Shown here in pieces: positions 7,561-17,482 of a stretch of DNA of 39,198 nucleotides (the first letter of the stretch is position 1; each line of letters begins with the position of its first letter). Made by a program: the position numbers and the translations under genes. The notes below the pieces were generated by a model. That model saw nothing but the letters and a program-made list of their open reading frames with translations, was not told where the DNA came from and ran no database searches. This stretch comes from a virus (taxonomy: Duplodnaviria > Heunggongvirae > Uroviricota > Caudoviricetes), in the IMG/VR virus record IMGVR_UViG_2531839622_000028, one strand, 5' to 3'.

Positions 7561-8120
7561 TAAATAGTCTCCTCTTCATGGCTGTTTGCATACACGTAAA
7601 TAAACGTCTGCCATGCAGGCTTATAACGGTTCAGAATACATTCCAGCGCACCGCCTTCATAAATACGCAGCGGCGTGAGAATATCATCCAGCACATTCAT
7701 ATTCCGGTAGCCGGTTTCACTGTTAATCGTGACAATACTGACCCACTGTGAATCCGGTGATGGCTGAATATCTATTTCATAACCAAACTCTGCCGCAAAC
7801 CGGATATAAAATTCACGGTTAAGAGAGGGTTTCATCCGGTATTTATTCCCGGCATAACGCTGACGCTCCTGAATGGTTGCGCCGGTCATATCACATTCCG
7901 GTAACCCCAGATAACGCTCCCAGTCTTCCAGCAGCAGACGGGATGAATCAGGAAAACGTTCTGCCAGCATCTGGTTACCGGTCCAGGAAACACGCTCCGT
8001 GGAATGACTGAGGCCCAGGCACAAAGCCGCAAGAACGGATGACGGCCGCTTATCCCATGCCAGCCCGTCAGGCAGCAACTGCAACAGGGCACGCTGATGC
8101 GGGGTCAGGGTTACAGCCAT
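7560..8120 (-). CDS. Baseplate/tail protein (Mu gp48-like)
   Basis: 186-aa ORF at the Mu gp48 position between the baseplate J-like gene and the tail fibre; overlapping start/stop with neighbours. Confidence 0.6.
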   Translation of the reverse strand: MAVTLTPHQRALLQLLPDGLAWDKRPSSVLAALCLGLSHSTERVSWTGNQMLAERFPDSSRLLLEDWERYLGLPECDMTGATIQERQRYAGNKYRMKPSLNREFYIRFAAEFGYEIDIQPSPDSQWVSIVTINSETGYRNMNVLDDILTPLRIYEGGALECILNRYKPAWQTFIYVYANSHEEETI

Positions 8121-9196
8121 GTGATTTCCCCCACGGTCAGCAACTCTGTATCTCCGGCCATCACGGACTTCAGCGGGCTGCGAACTTCAAAATCCTCCAG
8201 TCCTTTCACCCCTGCAACAGCCCGCCAGAATGATGAAGGCAATACAAGTCCACCCGGCCGCGATTCGTTATAAAGCAGGTCCGTTAATGCCTGTTTTACG
8301 GCAGCCTGATTTTCCGGCGTTTTGGGTACAATCCTGATCTCAAACGCCACCGGCTTATTGGTCAGCTTAAACACGCTGATTGTCGGCCCAAGTGGCTGAC
8401 CAACGGGCTGGCCCGTCGCCGGATCATCATGACTGCGGATATAATCCGCCACCCGCTTCACATCACCTTCTCCGGGGAAAATGTCAGGGTTATTATCCTG
8501 AACAAAAGTCACACCAACACTACCCGCCTCAGGCCATTCAGGCTTACACCATGCCCGCGTCACGCCCGGTACTTCCCGTGCCCAGCGTTCAAAATCATAC
8601 TGTGTTCCCCCTGATGGCGGGTTCTGTACCCGGAATACCAGCCTGGACAGCAACTCCGGCACCGTTTCCACATCCGCACCACCGGTGAGTCCCGTGCCGG
8701 TGACCGTGGCTGTCTGGTTGATGCCCGCCTGTGGCGTGATAAAGGACAGGCGGGTTCCGGTCGGGGTATTTCCAGCGCGCCCCGCACTTTCCGCCTCCAC
8801 ATTAACATTCAGTGTTCCGGCTTTTCCGGTCGCAGAGCCGGTGATGCGGTACACAACACCATCGCTTCGCTGAAGGAGTACGCCTTCCGTGATCCCTGCA
8901 TCCGTGGTCAGCATCAGTTGTACCGGTCCGTCAGCGCGGGAAGCCGGTTTACGGATGACACCCCAGAATGCGCAGTGTTTCAGGAGTTCGGCTTCATCAG
9001 CTTCTGTCGGAATTATCTGCCGGGAGATCCAGGCCAGATGTTCATGCTCCTGTGCTGACAGACCCGCGAGTGCATACGCAATGGCATTCAGGGTGGTTTC
9101 ATTCACGCCCGGCTGCGAACCGGGCAGGCGCTGGCTGATATCCTGTTGTGTCTGTGTGATCAGTTGCGCCAGTGGTAAGGGCTGATAAGGCATCAT
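8111..9196 (-). CDS. Baseplate J-like protein (Mu gp47-like)
   Basis: 361-aa ORF; position and size fit baseplate J / gp47 family; translationally coupled to neighbours. Confidence 0.75.
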   Translation of the reverse strand: MMPYQPLPLAQLITQTQQDISQRLPGSQPGVNETTLNAIAYALAGLSAQEHEHLAWISRQIIPTEADEAELLKHCAFWGVIRKPASRADGPVQLMLTTDAGITEGVLLQRSDGVVYRITGSATGKAGTLNVNVEAESAGRAGNTPTGTRLSFITPQAGINQTATVTGTGLTGGADVETVPELLSRLVFRVQNPPSGGTQYDFERWAREVPGVTRAWCKPEWPEAGSVGVTFVQDNNPDIFPGEGDVKRVADYIRSHDDPATGQPVGQPLGPTISVFKLTNKPVAFEIRIVPKTPENQAAVKQALTDLLYNESRPGGLVLPSSFWRAVAGVKGLEDFEVRSPLKSVMAGDTELLTVGEITWL

Positions 9197-9630
9197 TCCC
9201 CCTTCATATCAGCATAAAAAATCATCGGATGTCTGCTTCCGTCCGGCAGGGTGATTTTCACGGAAAGCGAAAGGCGAGCATGCCCCACACGCATGGCATG
9301 ACATACCACGGATGTGGCAGCACCGCTTTTATGCAGCCACGCCAGCGCTTCATCAGCATAGGCCTGTGCACGGCTGACCACGGAGGACAGCGTCTTTTCA
9401 CGGCTTAACAGCCAGAGACGGGAGCCAACGGGGCGCTCCCGGAAACTGTCTCCCCACCATCCCCGACGGTCACGGGTGCCGTCAGGGATTTCATCGGAAT
9501 CCAGCGCCCGCCTGTCCGTAAACAGTGAAATAATGACCGCAGTCAGCAGGCTGTTATCCGTCAGAAGATCTGCGCCGTTCAGTTGCAGGGAACCGCAACC
9601 CTGATCCCAGACGACAGCAATATCAGCCAT
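9193..9630 (-). CDS. Baseplate protein (Mu gp46-like)
   Basis: Start set at the ATG at 9628-9630 (MADIAVVWDQ...) with GGGAGG 9 nt upstream, overlapping the upstream stop; the longer ORF-track start would overlap the upstream gene by about 200 nt. Confidence 0.65.
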   Translation of the reverse strand: MADIAVVWDQGCGSLQLNGADLLTDNSLLTAVIISLFTDRRALDSDEIPDGTRDRRGWWGDSFRERPVGSRLWLLSREKTLSSVVSRAQAYADEALAWLHKSGAATSVVCHAMRVGHARLSLSVKITLPDGSRHPMIFYADMKGE

Positions 9631-10237
9631 TCTCTGGTCCTCCCGTTTTGCTGCCTTCACCGTTATCGTGATGCACATGACCTGAATAGGTGATCCCGGC
9701 AATAACCGCTTCGGACATCGTGAACGTCCCCTGTGATCTTCCGGTGCCGTCAATGGACACATTGCCTTTGACATGCAGGTTCTTATCCACTGTGACATTA
9801 CCGGTAAAGTGAGCCTCCGGTGTATCCACCTGAACACCTTCATCGGCGTAAATCTCCAGCGTCTTACAGGTCACAATGATCCGGCCGTTCTTTGTCAGAC
9901 GTATACGGTGCCCCTCATGGTGATACACGCCGGTATCTCCGGCGGTAAGTCCGGTCGGGCGACTGCGGCGGTCTTCCACCACAAGCACCACGGCCTGATC
10001 CCGTTGTCCGCCAGCACAGGCCAGAAAAACTTCCGCACCAGGCAGGGGGACGCTGATTTGCCCGTACTGCTGGGGGCGTTCAACGTCATCAAAGGTTTCA
10101 CCATCCATACCGGTGATTTGCACATTCTGGATTTTCAGCGTGTCCGTTGTGCCGGTCAGTACACCACGCCCGAACAGCAGACGAACACCCCGCATTACGG
10201 GGGCCAGAAGGCGGCTGATGACTTCGTCATTCATCAT
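9623..10237 (-). CDS. Baseplate assembly/spike protein (gpV-like, Mu gp45 position)
   Basis: 204-aa ORF with Gly-rich C-terminus; synteny between tail protein P and gp46. Confidence 0.7.
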   Translation of the reverse strand: MMNDEVISRLLAPVMRGVRLLFGRGVLTGTTDTLKIQNVQITGMDGETFDDVERPQQYGQISVPLPGAEVFLACAGGQRDQAVVLVVEDRRSRPTGLTAGDTGVYHHEGHRIRLTKNGRIIVTCKTLEIYADEGVQVDTPEAHFTGNVTVDKNLHVKGNVSIDGTGRSQGTFTMSEAVIAGITYSGHVHHDNGEGSKTGGPENG

Positions 10238-11351
10238 TGAATTTAATCCCCTGTTTTTTCATCTGTGCCCGCACGAAGGCGTCCACGTCACCCGCATTTC
10301 CGCTTCCGCTGTTTCCCGGCTCTGCCGGAACAATAAAGCCGTCACGGGGTGCCAGAATCAGACGGGTGGTTTCGCCGTGATTTGCATCCAGCGAAAACTC
10401 CACCTGACAGACAAGAAGATCACGCTCTTCCACTCCGGTGCGGGGAGCCGTGACAGCCGTCAGCAGGTTGATATCCCACAACTGGCCGTTCTCCCGAAAC
10501 CAGTGCCGCACGGTGGCTGTCAGGCGCACAGAGCGGGCAACCGCCCGGCGCATTTCCCGGACAGCCCTCTGGCGTGCACCGTCTGCATCAACAGCATGAT
10601 CCGCCAGCACAATTTTCGGTCTGTAACGGTGGATGGCACTGTCTGTCACCGTACCAACGGGTGCGGCCAGCGTTCCGGCTGTCAGTGCATCCCCGGCATG
10701 ACCACCACCACGCCCGTGCCCCCGTACACGGTATTCACTGTGGCGCAGACGGTGATCCACGTTGTGATCCAAATCCAGCAGATTTTCGCCCAGCGTCAGC
10801 GTGTCGCCACGCTGACTGCCGGCCTGAGTGAAAACCAGTTCACCGGCGGCATTACTGGTTACCAGGACGCCTCTGTGTCTCGCGGCCCGTGTCAGCGCAT
10901 CTGCCACGGTTTCTGAGTTTTCCAGTGTGAAGGTGGAAAAGGGCCGGGCTGCCGTTGCATCATTTACCTGCCAGCGCACCGTGACCCCGAACGGAGCACA
11001 CAAATCTGAAGCAATGTGCTCCAGCGTGCGGTTCCTCCACTGGCTGCCCGGATGAATGGCTGAACAGTCCACCAGGTCACCGGTTTTATCCCGTCCGCTG
11101 AGCGTGATCTGAAAACGCGTGGCGCTGATGCGCTGCCGGACCTGATCCAGCCAGCCAGTGATCACAGGCTGACCGTCAATGCGCAATTCCAGAGACTGAC
11201 CGGCACGGACGGATGACGGAAGGCGTACACCGGGCATCATTACCCCCAGTTCAAAGGAGCCCGCCAGATGTTCAAGAGAGCGACGAACACTCACCGTCAG
11301 CCAGCCGGAAAAAATCTCACCGCCCAGATACAGTTCAACCCTGCTGCTCAC
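10227..11351 (-). CDS. Tail protein P-like (Mu gp44 position)
   Basis: 374-aa ORF after the DNA circulation gene; synteny. Confidence 0.7.
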   Translation of the reverse strand: MSSRVELYLGGEIFSGWLTVSVRRSLEHLAGSFELGVMMPGVRLPSSVRAGQSLELRIDGQPVITGWLDQVRQRISATRFQITLSGRDKTGDLVDCSAIHPGSQWRNRTLEHIASDLCAPFGVTVRWQVNDATAARPFSTFTLENSETVADALTRAARHRGVLVTSNAAGELVFTQAGSQRGDTLTLGENLLDLDHNVDHRLRHSEYRVRGHGRGGGHAGDALTAGTLAAPVGTVTDSAIHRYRPKIVLADHAVDADGARQRAVREMRRAVARSVRLTATVRHWFRENGQLWDINLLTAVTAPRTGVEERDLLVCQVEFSLDANHGETTRLILAPRDGFIVPAEPGNSGSGNAGDVDAFVRAQMKKQGIKFNDE

Positions 11352-12705
11352 TAATCACCTCCACTGAATGGCCTCCGGGAATGAACAGCGGATCAACAAT
11401 ACCGTTACGGCGCACAAAACGTTGCCAGCCGGTACTGTTCCCGGTGGCACGGTACAGGGTCACCAGTGCAGGCTCGGTGGTACGTACAGTCACTACTGTT
11501 GCACCGGGTAGCTGAACTCCCCGTGTATTCAGATCCTCTGTCAGTGCCAGTCTGGCATCACGAAGCGTCAGCGCCGTGGCGGTATACCCCTGCCCGGACA
11601 GTGTCATCACCTGCCGTTCGAGCGCTTCGCTTAAGTCACGGTTAATGCGCTGAAGATCAACTGAACTTTCCAGCCAGACAGGCCAGGTACGGTGGGCTGC
11701 GTCACTGTCCGGCAGGGTTTCCTGACTGAGAACCTGATCCAGCAGTTTTCCCACGGTCTGTGCCTGGGCCACCACGGCAGCACTCTGCATTACCGCCCGT
11801 ATCAGACGAATATTCTTTTGTGCTGCCGGTGTCAGACCGATGAGAGTCTGCGGATTATCCTGCTCATCCAGCACGTAACGCAGGGAAGATAATGTCCTGT
11901 ACAGTTGCGGCATTCCCTGAGAGACGGCGGATGTCGTCCGGCCGATACTGCCACCGGGCCGGGTATTCAGGCCTCCTGAAGACAGTGACGGCAGCGATGG
12001 CAGGGTGATCAGGGCACTGAAAAGCCCCGCAAAAGATGAGGCCATGCGGGAAGGTGCTGTCAGTAATGCCGTGGCATTCCCTTTCAGCGCCGTGAACGTG
12101 GCAGTAAAGGCACTGATATCCTGTACAATCCCCATGCCGGAAACGGCATTTTCCAGGGCGGACACCTTATCGCTGATGGTTTCGGTCATTGCCTGGACAT
12201 CGTGCATTCCGTCAGAAATCACCGTCCAGCCCGCTTCCAGGGTTTCAAAAACCTTCCCGAGCGCGGTGGTACTCTTCTGCTCCAGAATGGCGGCCGTGTC
12301 CTGTGTGACAGCAGGTGCGGTATCATCACTTACCGGCGTGACATTAATGGTGAACTCAACCACGCCCTGTTCAGCAGCGTTATAACGACTTTCAAAGCTG
12401 TTTATCAGCACATTTAACGTGCCGTAATCCGGGTGAAGCAGCTCCCCGGCACCGGGAGCACGAAGGGCATCACGCAGACGATTTCGCTGTGTCTGAACAT
12501 CATCCCCCATCACAAGTACACTGAACGTAAATTCAGCCAGTTTAGGTCCCAGATCGTCTGCACCACCGGTTTCCCGTAACGGATATTCCCGACGGACAAT
12601 GTTTCGCCCGCCACGTTCGCGCTGCTCACGCCAGACGAGGAACGGCACACCACGGAACGCACCACGACCGTCACCAGAGGCCATAATTCCCTCCGTTCCA
12701 GACAT
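11335..12705 (-). CDS. DNA circulation protein N-like (Mu gp43 position)
   Basis: 456-aa ORF directly downstream of the tape measure gene; synteny. Confidence 0.7.
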   Translation of the reverse strand: MSGTEGIMASGDGRGAFRGVPFLVWREQRERGGRNIVRREYPLRETGGADDLGPKLAEFTFSVLVMGDDVQTQRNRLRDALRAPGAGELLHPDYGTLNVLINSFESRYNAAEQGVVEFTINVTPVSDDTAPAVTQDTAAILEQKSTTALGKVFETLEAGWTVISDGMHDVQAMTETISDKVSALENAVSGMGIVQDISAFTATFTALKGNATALLTAPSRMASSFAGLFSALITLPSLPSLSSGGLNTRPGGSIGRTTSAVSQGMPQLYRTLSSLRYVLDEQDNPQTLIGLTPAAQKNIRLIRAVMQSAAVVAQAQTVGKLLDQVLSQETLPDSDAAHRTWPVWLESSVDLQRINRDLSEALERQVMTLSGQGYTATALTLRDARLALTEDLNTRGVQLPGATVVTVRTTEPALVTLYRATGNSTGWQRFVRRNGIVDPLFIPGGHSVEVISEQQG

Positions 12706-14746
12706 TCACATCCAGTCCGTGACCGGACGTGTCATCAATATCAATACTGCGAGCCTGCCACCCTTCCGGGGCAACCAGCTCCACACGGGCAGAGGCTTTT
12801 TGTACCGCCTGTCCACTGCTTTCATCATCACTGCCCCGTAATTTCTGCCAGGCTTCAGTCAGCCATCCCCCCAGATAGTTACCGAGATAGCTGCCCACCG
12901 TAGAACCAATGGCAATCCCCACAGGTCCGGCTGCCGCCCCCAGCGCACCACCGGCAATACTGCCTGCAAGAGAGCCGACCGCTTCTCCCTTGTCTGTGGC
13001 ACTGGCGCTGCCATCCAGCAGAACCGGGGCTGCCATCGCGCCAGCCCACAGGGCACCTCCACCCAGCCGGCCGGCCAGTCCACCGGCACTGCGGAAAAAG
13101 CCGGAGAAACGCCCCAGCCCCATGCGGCTACCGACAGACGAAAGTAACCCACCGGCGCGCCCCATCATGCGCCCCCAGAACCCTGCCCCACCAGAAGAGG
13201 GAGACGGTGGCACTGGGGACGGTGGCAGGGGAGGCGTGACCGGTCTTCCGCGCCCCGGTCCGCGTTTCCTGCGGCCCCGCCCCTGACGTCCGCCTGAGGA
13301 TGTATCGGTCGCGCCGGTGCCGGACAGTCCTCCTGTGGGCCAGTTTGTTACAAGTACTGGCTGAACGGCTGCCGGATTTACCCCGGTAAGAAAGTTTATA
13401 AAACGTTGCCCTCGTCCCTGAGATGTGCCTGGTGGTGTTCCGGCCGGAGGAGAGCGCCGGAAAGGTGAAGTCAGGAAGGCCGCCGCTGATAATCCGTATC
13501 CCAGCAATGCAGCACCCGGACGTATAATCCCCGTTCCGACAGCCCGCGCCATTTTCAGGGCACGGGTGGCGAGATACATGTACAGCAGGTATTTCGCGGC
13601 AGTCTGTGCCCCCTGACCAATGCGATCCAGCGCATCACCATAGCCCGCATCCCGCAGAGCCTGAAGCGTGTCGCGTACCTTTCTGATCGCCTGATAAAAC
13701 CCTGTCACTGCATCACGGGCATACTCAAAGCCCTGGTTCATGGCTGATGCCGTGCTTTCCGCCAGGGAATGGTAACTGCCATCAGATTTGGCACTGTCAA
13801 CCCATGAAAGAAATCCCCTGAGATTACCCTTCAGTTTTTCAAATGGCCCACTGTCCATCACATCCCGGGCAAACTGGTCCCAGACGTCACCCATCATGGC
13901 CGTCAGGCCACTCCAGGAATTCATTGCGTCCTTTTGTGCTCCCCTGGCCTGTTCCGCCAGCGTCTGAAATAACAGGCGAATACTGTCCGGCCCAAGCAGC
14001 CCTTTTTCACCAAGTTTTCTGACCACTTTCTGGTCCACACCCAGACGATCAGCCAGCACGCGGTAGGCATTAATGCCGTAGGTGGCAAGAATATTTGCAT
14101 CCGCCGCCTGAATACTGCCTCTTGCATACATCTGTTTCAGTTGCAGGGATGCCCCCTGTGCATCGGACAGTGACCAGCCGCCCACGGCCCCCTGATCCTG
14201 AAGCATGGTGACAAAATTTCGGGCCTCCCTGTCACTCATACCAAAGCCCAGACTGGACGTATATTCCTGCATGACGCCAGCCAGCCCCCAGGTGGTTTCC
14301 TTCGCATTCTGTATTGCCCACCTGCGGACATCATCCGTTTTCGCCCGATCCCCTTTGTAAAGGGAGTTCAGGCGAATCATATAGGTTTCCATCTCCGCTG
14401 CCGGGCGAATAAATCCCCGGTTAAAGCCATATACAGCAGCACCACCGGCCAGCATTCCGTAAAGATTGCTGATCCGCCCGATGGTGCCGGTAATACTGCC
14501 CTGAAGACGGTCAAAATCAGAAGTGACATGGCGGATACTGCCCCGCACCCCGGCCAGCGTGCGCTGCATCCTGCTTCCGAGTACATCTGTTTCCTGCCCG
14601 GCACGGCGGGCAGCATTTCCCAGGCCACCCAGCCCCGCCTGGCCGGAGCGTGAGAATGCCCCCAGCTCCTGTGACCACTGGCGGGATTTGGCTGAGATAT
14701 TGCCGAGCAAATCAACTATCAGAGATGCTCTGAGATTTCGGGCCAT
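12671..14746 (-). CDS. Tail tape measure protein
   Basis: 691-aa ORF with long Ala/Gly-rich helical regions and a Gly/Pro-rich low-complexity stretch; placed after tube and chaperone genes. Confidence 0.8.
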   Translation of the reverse strand: MARNLRASLIVDLLGNISAKSRQWSQELGAFSRSGQAGLGGLGNAARRAGQETDVLGSRMQRTLAGVRGSIRHVTSDFDRLQGSITGTIGRISNLYGMLAGGAAVYGFNRGFIRPAAEMETYMIRLNSLYKGDRAKTDDVRRWAIQNAKETTWGLAGVMQEYTSSLGFGMSDREARNFVTMLQDQGAVGGWSLSDAQGASLQLKQMYARGSIQAADANILATYGINAYRVLADRLGVDQKVVRKLGEKGLLGPDSIRLLFQTLAEQARGAQKDAMNSWSGLTAMMGDVWDQFARDVMDSGPFEKLKGNLRGFLSWVDSAKSDGSYHSLAESTASAMNQGFEYARDAVTGFYQAIRKVRDTLQALRDAGYGDALDRIGQGAQTAAKYLLYMYLATRALKMARAVGTGIIRPGAALLGYGLSAAAFLTSPFRRSPPAGTPPGTSQGRGQRFINFLTGVNPAAVQPVLVTNWPTGGLSGTGATDTSSGGRQGRGRRKRGPGRGRPVTPPLPPSPVPPSPSSGGAGFWGRMMGRAGGLLSSVGSRMGLGRFSGFFRSAGGLAGRLGGGALWAGAMAAPVLLDGSASATDKGEAVGSLAGSIAGGALGAAAGPVGIAIGSTVGSYLGNYLGGWLTEAWQKLRGSDDESSGQAVQKASARVELVAPEGWQARSIDIDDTSGHGLDVNVWNGGNYGLW

Positions 14747-14748
14747 AC

Positions 14749-14931
14749 TTACTGCTTCGTTCTGATGATTTTTTCTGTCTGTCGGCAGTGCCGGTAAAGT
14801 TGCGACAGGGGGAGGTTAAGCGCCCATTCCGGACCGCTTTTTGTCACCATCCCCAGGATAATTGCCGCTTCTTCAATCTGATCCCGACACTGCGCCTGAT
14901 CGCCCCCGGTCAGCTGCCAGCTTTCCGGCAA
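14749..14931 (-). other. Overlapping out-of-frame ORF bridging the chaperone gene and the tape measure start; candidate frameshift extension
   Basis: No ATG (TTG-initiated in the track); overlaps the last 59 nt of the chaperone ORF in the +1 (equivalently -2) frame; G-run CCGGGGGCG (plus-strand 14901-14909) lies in the overlap. Confidence 0.4.
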
Positions 14932-15367
14932 GCGCGGTATCCAGCAGGCTGACCGCTGCCATCAGGCGGGAGAGATCGCGCTCGCTTAACTGTCCAATCT
15001 GACGGGGTGACAACGGACCTTCAATGTCTCCCACTGCGGCAATCTGACGGCGCAGCAGTGCAACACCGCGTAACGACGGAGACGCTATCAGCATCGGGCC
15101 ATTGTTTGTCTCCACCACGCGCTCGGCTTCTGCTTCTGCGTCAATACTGTCTTTCGCTGTCAGTTCCCGGAACGTGACACGATATTCACGGGTCTCACCA
15201 AACGGCAGACCATCAAGCAGATCCACATATCCCTTTGCCAGTTGCTCTGTCAGCCCGGCAGTGCGTGGATCAGCCCCCTCAAGTGCTTCCCGGATTGCCT
15301 CCATCACGGCTGCCTCGGAAACTGCCGTTTTTTTCTTACGTGTGGTCATTTTATTTTTCCTGATCAC
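14873..15367 (-). CDS. Tail assembly chaperone (Mu gp41 position)
   Basis: 164-aa acidic ORF between the tail tube and tape measure genes. Confidence 0.6.
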   Translation of the reverse strand: MIRKNKMTTRKKKTAVSEAAVMEAIREALEGADPRTAGLTEQLAKGYVDLLDGLPFGETREYRVTFRELTAKDSIDAEAEAERVVETNNGPMLIASPSLRGVALLRRQIAAVGDIEGPLSPRQIGQLSERDLSRLMAAVSLLDTALAGKLAADRGRSGAVSGSD

Positions 15368-15729
15368 TGAACACGGGTACTGGTGGCGCTGGCGAACTTC
15401 ACGGAGATCTCCCCGCCACCGTCAAGCGAGGCCGGTTCACTGCTCCAGGCCTTCGTCATCATGTGGACTTCGCCGGTATCCGCCACAAACTCGATAGTGA
15501 CCGCAGTCCAGTTGTTGATTTCATCAGCGGCTGGTGAGCCTTCTCCGCCTGCCGGAAATTTGCAGTCCAGCGTCGCTTCACGTGGTTTCTGGCGGTAACC
15601 ATAGACTTTCGCGCCTTTCACCACTTCACGTTCAAAACCTGACGGAGAAAATGTAGCCCCCTCAAGCGTCTCGTATTCCTGACCGTTCACACGGATAGTG
15701 GCCGTGCCCTGATACTGTTTTCCGCTCAT
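15364..15729 (-). CDS. Tail tube protein (Mu M-like)
   Basis: 121-aa ORF immediately downstream of the sheath gene; overlapping start/stop. Confidence 0.75.
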   Translation of the reverse strand: MSGKQYQGTATIRVNGQEYETLEGATFSPSGFEREVVKGAKVYGYRQKPREATLDCKFPAGGEGSPAADEINNWTAVTIEFVADTGEVHMMTKAWSSEPASLDGGGEISVKFASATSTRVQ

Positions 15730-15737
15730 GCCTTACC

Positions 15738-17240
15738 TCACAAAATGAAACGGATCTGTGCTGCCAGGAAGCGGAACTGGTTAACCAGATCCGGCGTGCA
15801 TAACACGTCAAGACGGTTTCGATCTGACGCATTACGCTCCACAAGCAGATTCTTTTTAAAGGTGTCCAGATTTTCGACCAGCCCGAGTTCCACCCACTCT
15901 TCACCCAGCGAAATTAACTGAAGCTTCATGATCTCCGGCGTCACGATATTCTGACCGGCACGAACGGGCGTCCCGTCATCAGCCAGTTTATGGCGCGGAA
16001 AACGTTGTGTGATAAAAGTACGCAGGGAATAACGCAGCCAGGAGAGGGTGTAGATGGTTTCCACATCCAGATAGCTGGGATCACTTTCGCCGTACACGTT
16101 CTGGCGATACATGGTCACCTGACGTTCGATCTGAACCACATCACCGGCAGCCACACTGACCGTGGCAATCCCTCCCCACAGCAGACTGTTACGCTCTTCA
16201 CGCGTCAGACGATCGGCCGGAGCCGGGGCCATGCGTGACGGAAGCGCCAGCGTCTGAAGCGGACGCGCAGGATCTGCTCCCAGAGAGGGTGCACAGGTGG
16301 CACAGACCGCCGCTGCCCAGAGGTAATCCGGTTCAGGGGCTTTGGGAATGGATGTGCAGGTCGCCAGAAAATCATTGCGTTTTGCCCCGAATGCCTGCAC
16401 CTCACCAAACGTGCCGGTATGTGCCAGCCACAGCACGCCGTCAGACATTTTGGCCGGTCCCCAGCGTTTCAGAAGCTCATCACTGATGATTTTCAGGTTT
16501 GCATCATCCTTATAGGGCATGACGACATAGTTGTACTGGCGATCGCCCATCCCCGCCACGCTTCGGGTGATATCCGGGTTAGCCGCTTTTTGTTTCGGAT
16601 AGGCTATAGCGACCTGTATTCCTTCCGGGGTTGCTTCCCCGTCGTGATAGTTCAGGCGCACATCATGAACGGAGCATTCACCGGTAAAGCGGGCGGTGAT
16701 CCCCAGAGACCCTTTCAGACCTGCGCCATTATCACCACTTCCTGCACCAGAGGAGGCCGTGAAGGGCGCGTCAGGATCGGCATTGATCAGCGCGGCCAGC
16801 TCGTCGGTCAGTTCTTTGCCTTTCTTACCTTTTGGTGCCGGGAGTGTATAACGCCGCCCCCCCACGCAGGCATAAACAATCCCGTCACGGGTGACCGTTC
16901 CGGTCAGATTCATGGCCGCAGCCGTTGCCTGTCCGGTGCCGTTCCCCTGAGCAATGGCATACAGTTCAGCATCAGGATTGATGGCGATAAATTCCGCCAC
17001 CATCAGGGCAATCATGGAACCGCGCCCCCAGAGTTCTGTTGCCTGAGACGCACGGGTGATCCTGACCGGAACATCCAGAACACCGGCACCGTCCACGGCA
17101 TTCTCTTTCATTCTCGCCTGACCAAACAGCAGCACACACTGACGCTGTGCCGGAGTGCCGGTGACAGCCATGGAGTTATTAAACTCAACCTCAATCAGCG
17201 GTATACGGCGGTCATTACCGATCCCGTCAAAATTAATCAT
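15738..17240 (-). CDS. Contractile tail sheath protein (Mu L-like)
   Basis: 500-aa ORF upstream of the tube gene; size and position typical of a myovirus sheath. Confidence 0.85.
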   Translation of the reverse strand: MINFDGIGNDRRIPLIEVEFNNSMAVTGTPAQRQCVLLFGQARMKENAVDGAGVLDVPVRITRASQATELWGRGSMIALMVAEFIAINPDAELYAIAQGNGTGQATAAAMNLTGTVTRDGIVYACVGGRRYTLPAPKGKKGKELTDELAALINADPDAPFTASSGAGSGDNGAGLKGSLGITARFTGECSVHDVRLNYHDGEATPEGIQVAIAYPKQKAANPDITRSVAGMGDRQYNYVVMPYKDDANLKIISDELLKRWGPAKMSDGVLWLAHTGTFGEVQAFGAKRNDFLATCTSIPKAPEPDYLWAAAVCATCAPSLGADPARPLQTLALPSRMAPAPADRLTREERNSLLWGGIATVSVAAGDVVQIERQVTMYRQNVYGESDPSYLDVETIYTLSWLRYSLRTFITQRFPRHKLADDGTPVRAGQNIVTPEIMKLQLISLGEEWVELGLVENLDTFKKNLLVERNASDRNRLDVLCTPDLVNQFRFLAAQIRFIL

Positions 17241-17482
17241 TGCGGTTTCTCCTTATCGGATGCCGGTTGGGCGACCGGTTTTTCTGTCGCAGTCGTTGCA
17301 TCCGCAGATACAGCCGGAGCCTCTTCAGCGGCTTTTTCAGCCTGAATGACATCGCCGTCATCAAGACGCCGACACCAGAACGGCGTAAAGGGCTTTTCCT
17401 CCCCCTCCTGTGCCAGCGGGCGCATTGTGTCGGGATCACGAATCAGGCGTCCCGGCGCGGGTTTGATAAAGATGGTTTTCAT
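17237..17482 (-). CDS. Small protein at the Mu gp38 position
   Basis: 81-aa ORF coupled to the sheath gene start; acidic, Ala-rich C-terminus. Confidence 0.5.
   Translation of the reverse strand: MKTIFIKPAPGRLIRDPDTMRPLAQEGEEKPFTPFWCRRLDDGDVIQAEKAAEEAPAVSADATTATEKPVAQPASDKEKPQ

Noticed and set aside
9193-9843. Full 216-aa ORF-track version of the gp46-like gene
   Set aside because: It would overlap the upstream baseplate gene by about 200 nt; the internal ATG at 9630 with a GGAGG RBS gives a typical length and normal coupling
10113-10916. Long plus-strand ORFs inside the tail/head block (for example 10113-10916, 16419-17345, 19288-19932, 19803-20366, 24028-24627, 26343-26936)
   Set aside because: They lie antisense to well-supported, tightly packed minus-strand structural genes in GC-rich DNA where stop codons are rare by chance; they have no RBS and break the operon layout
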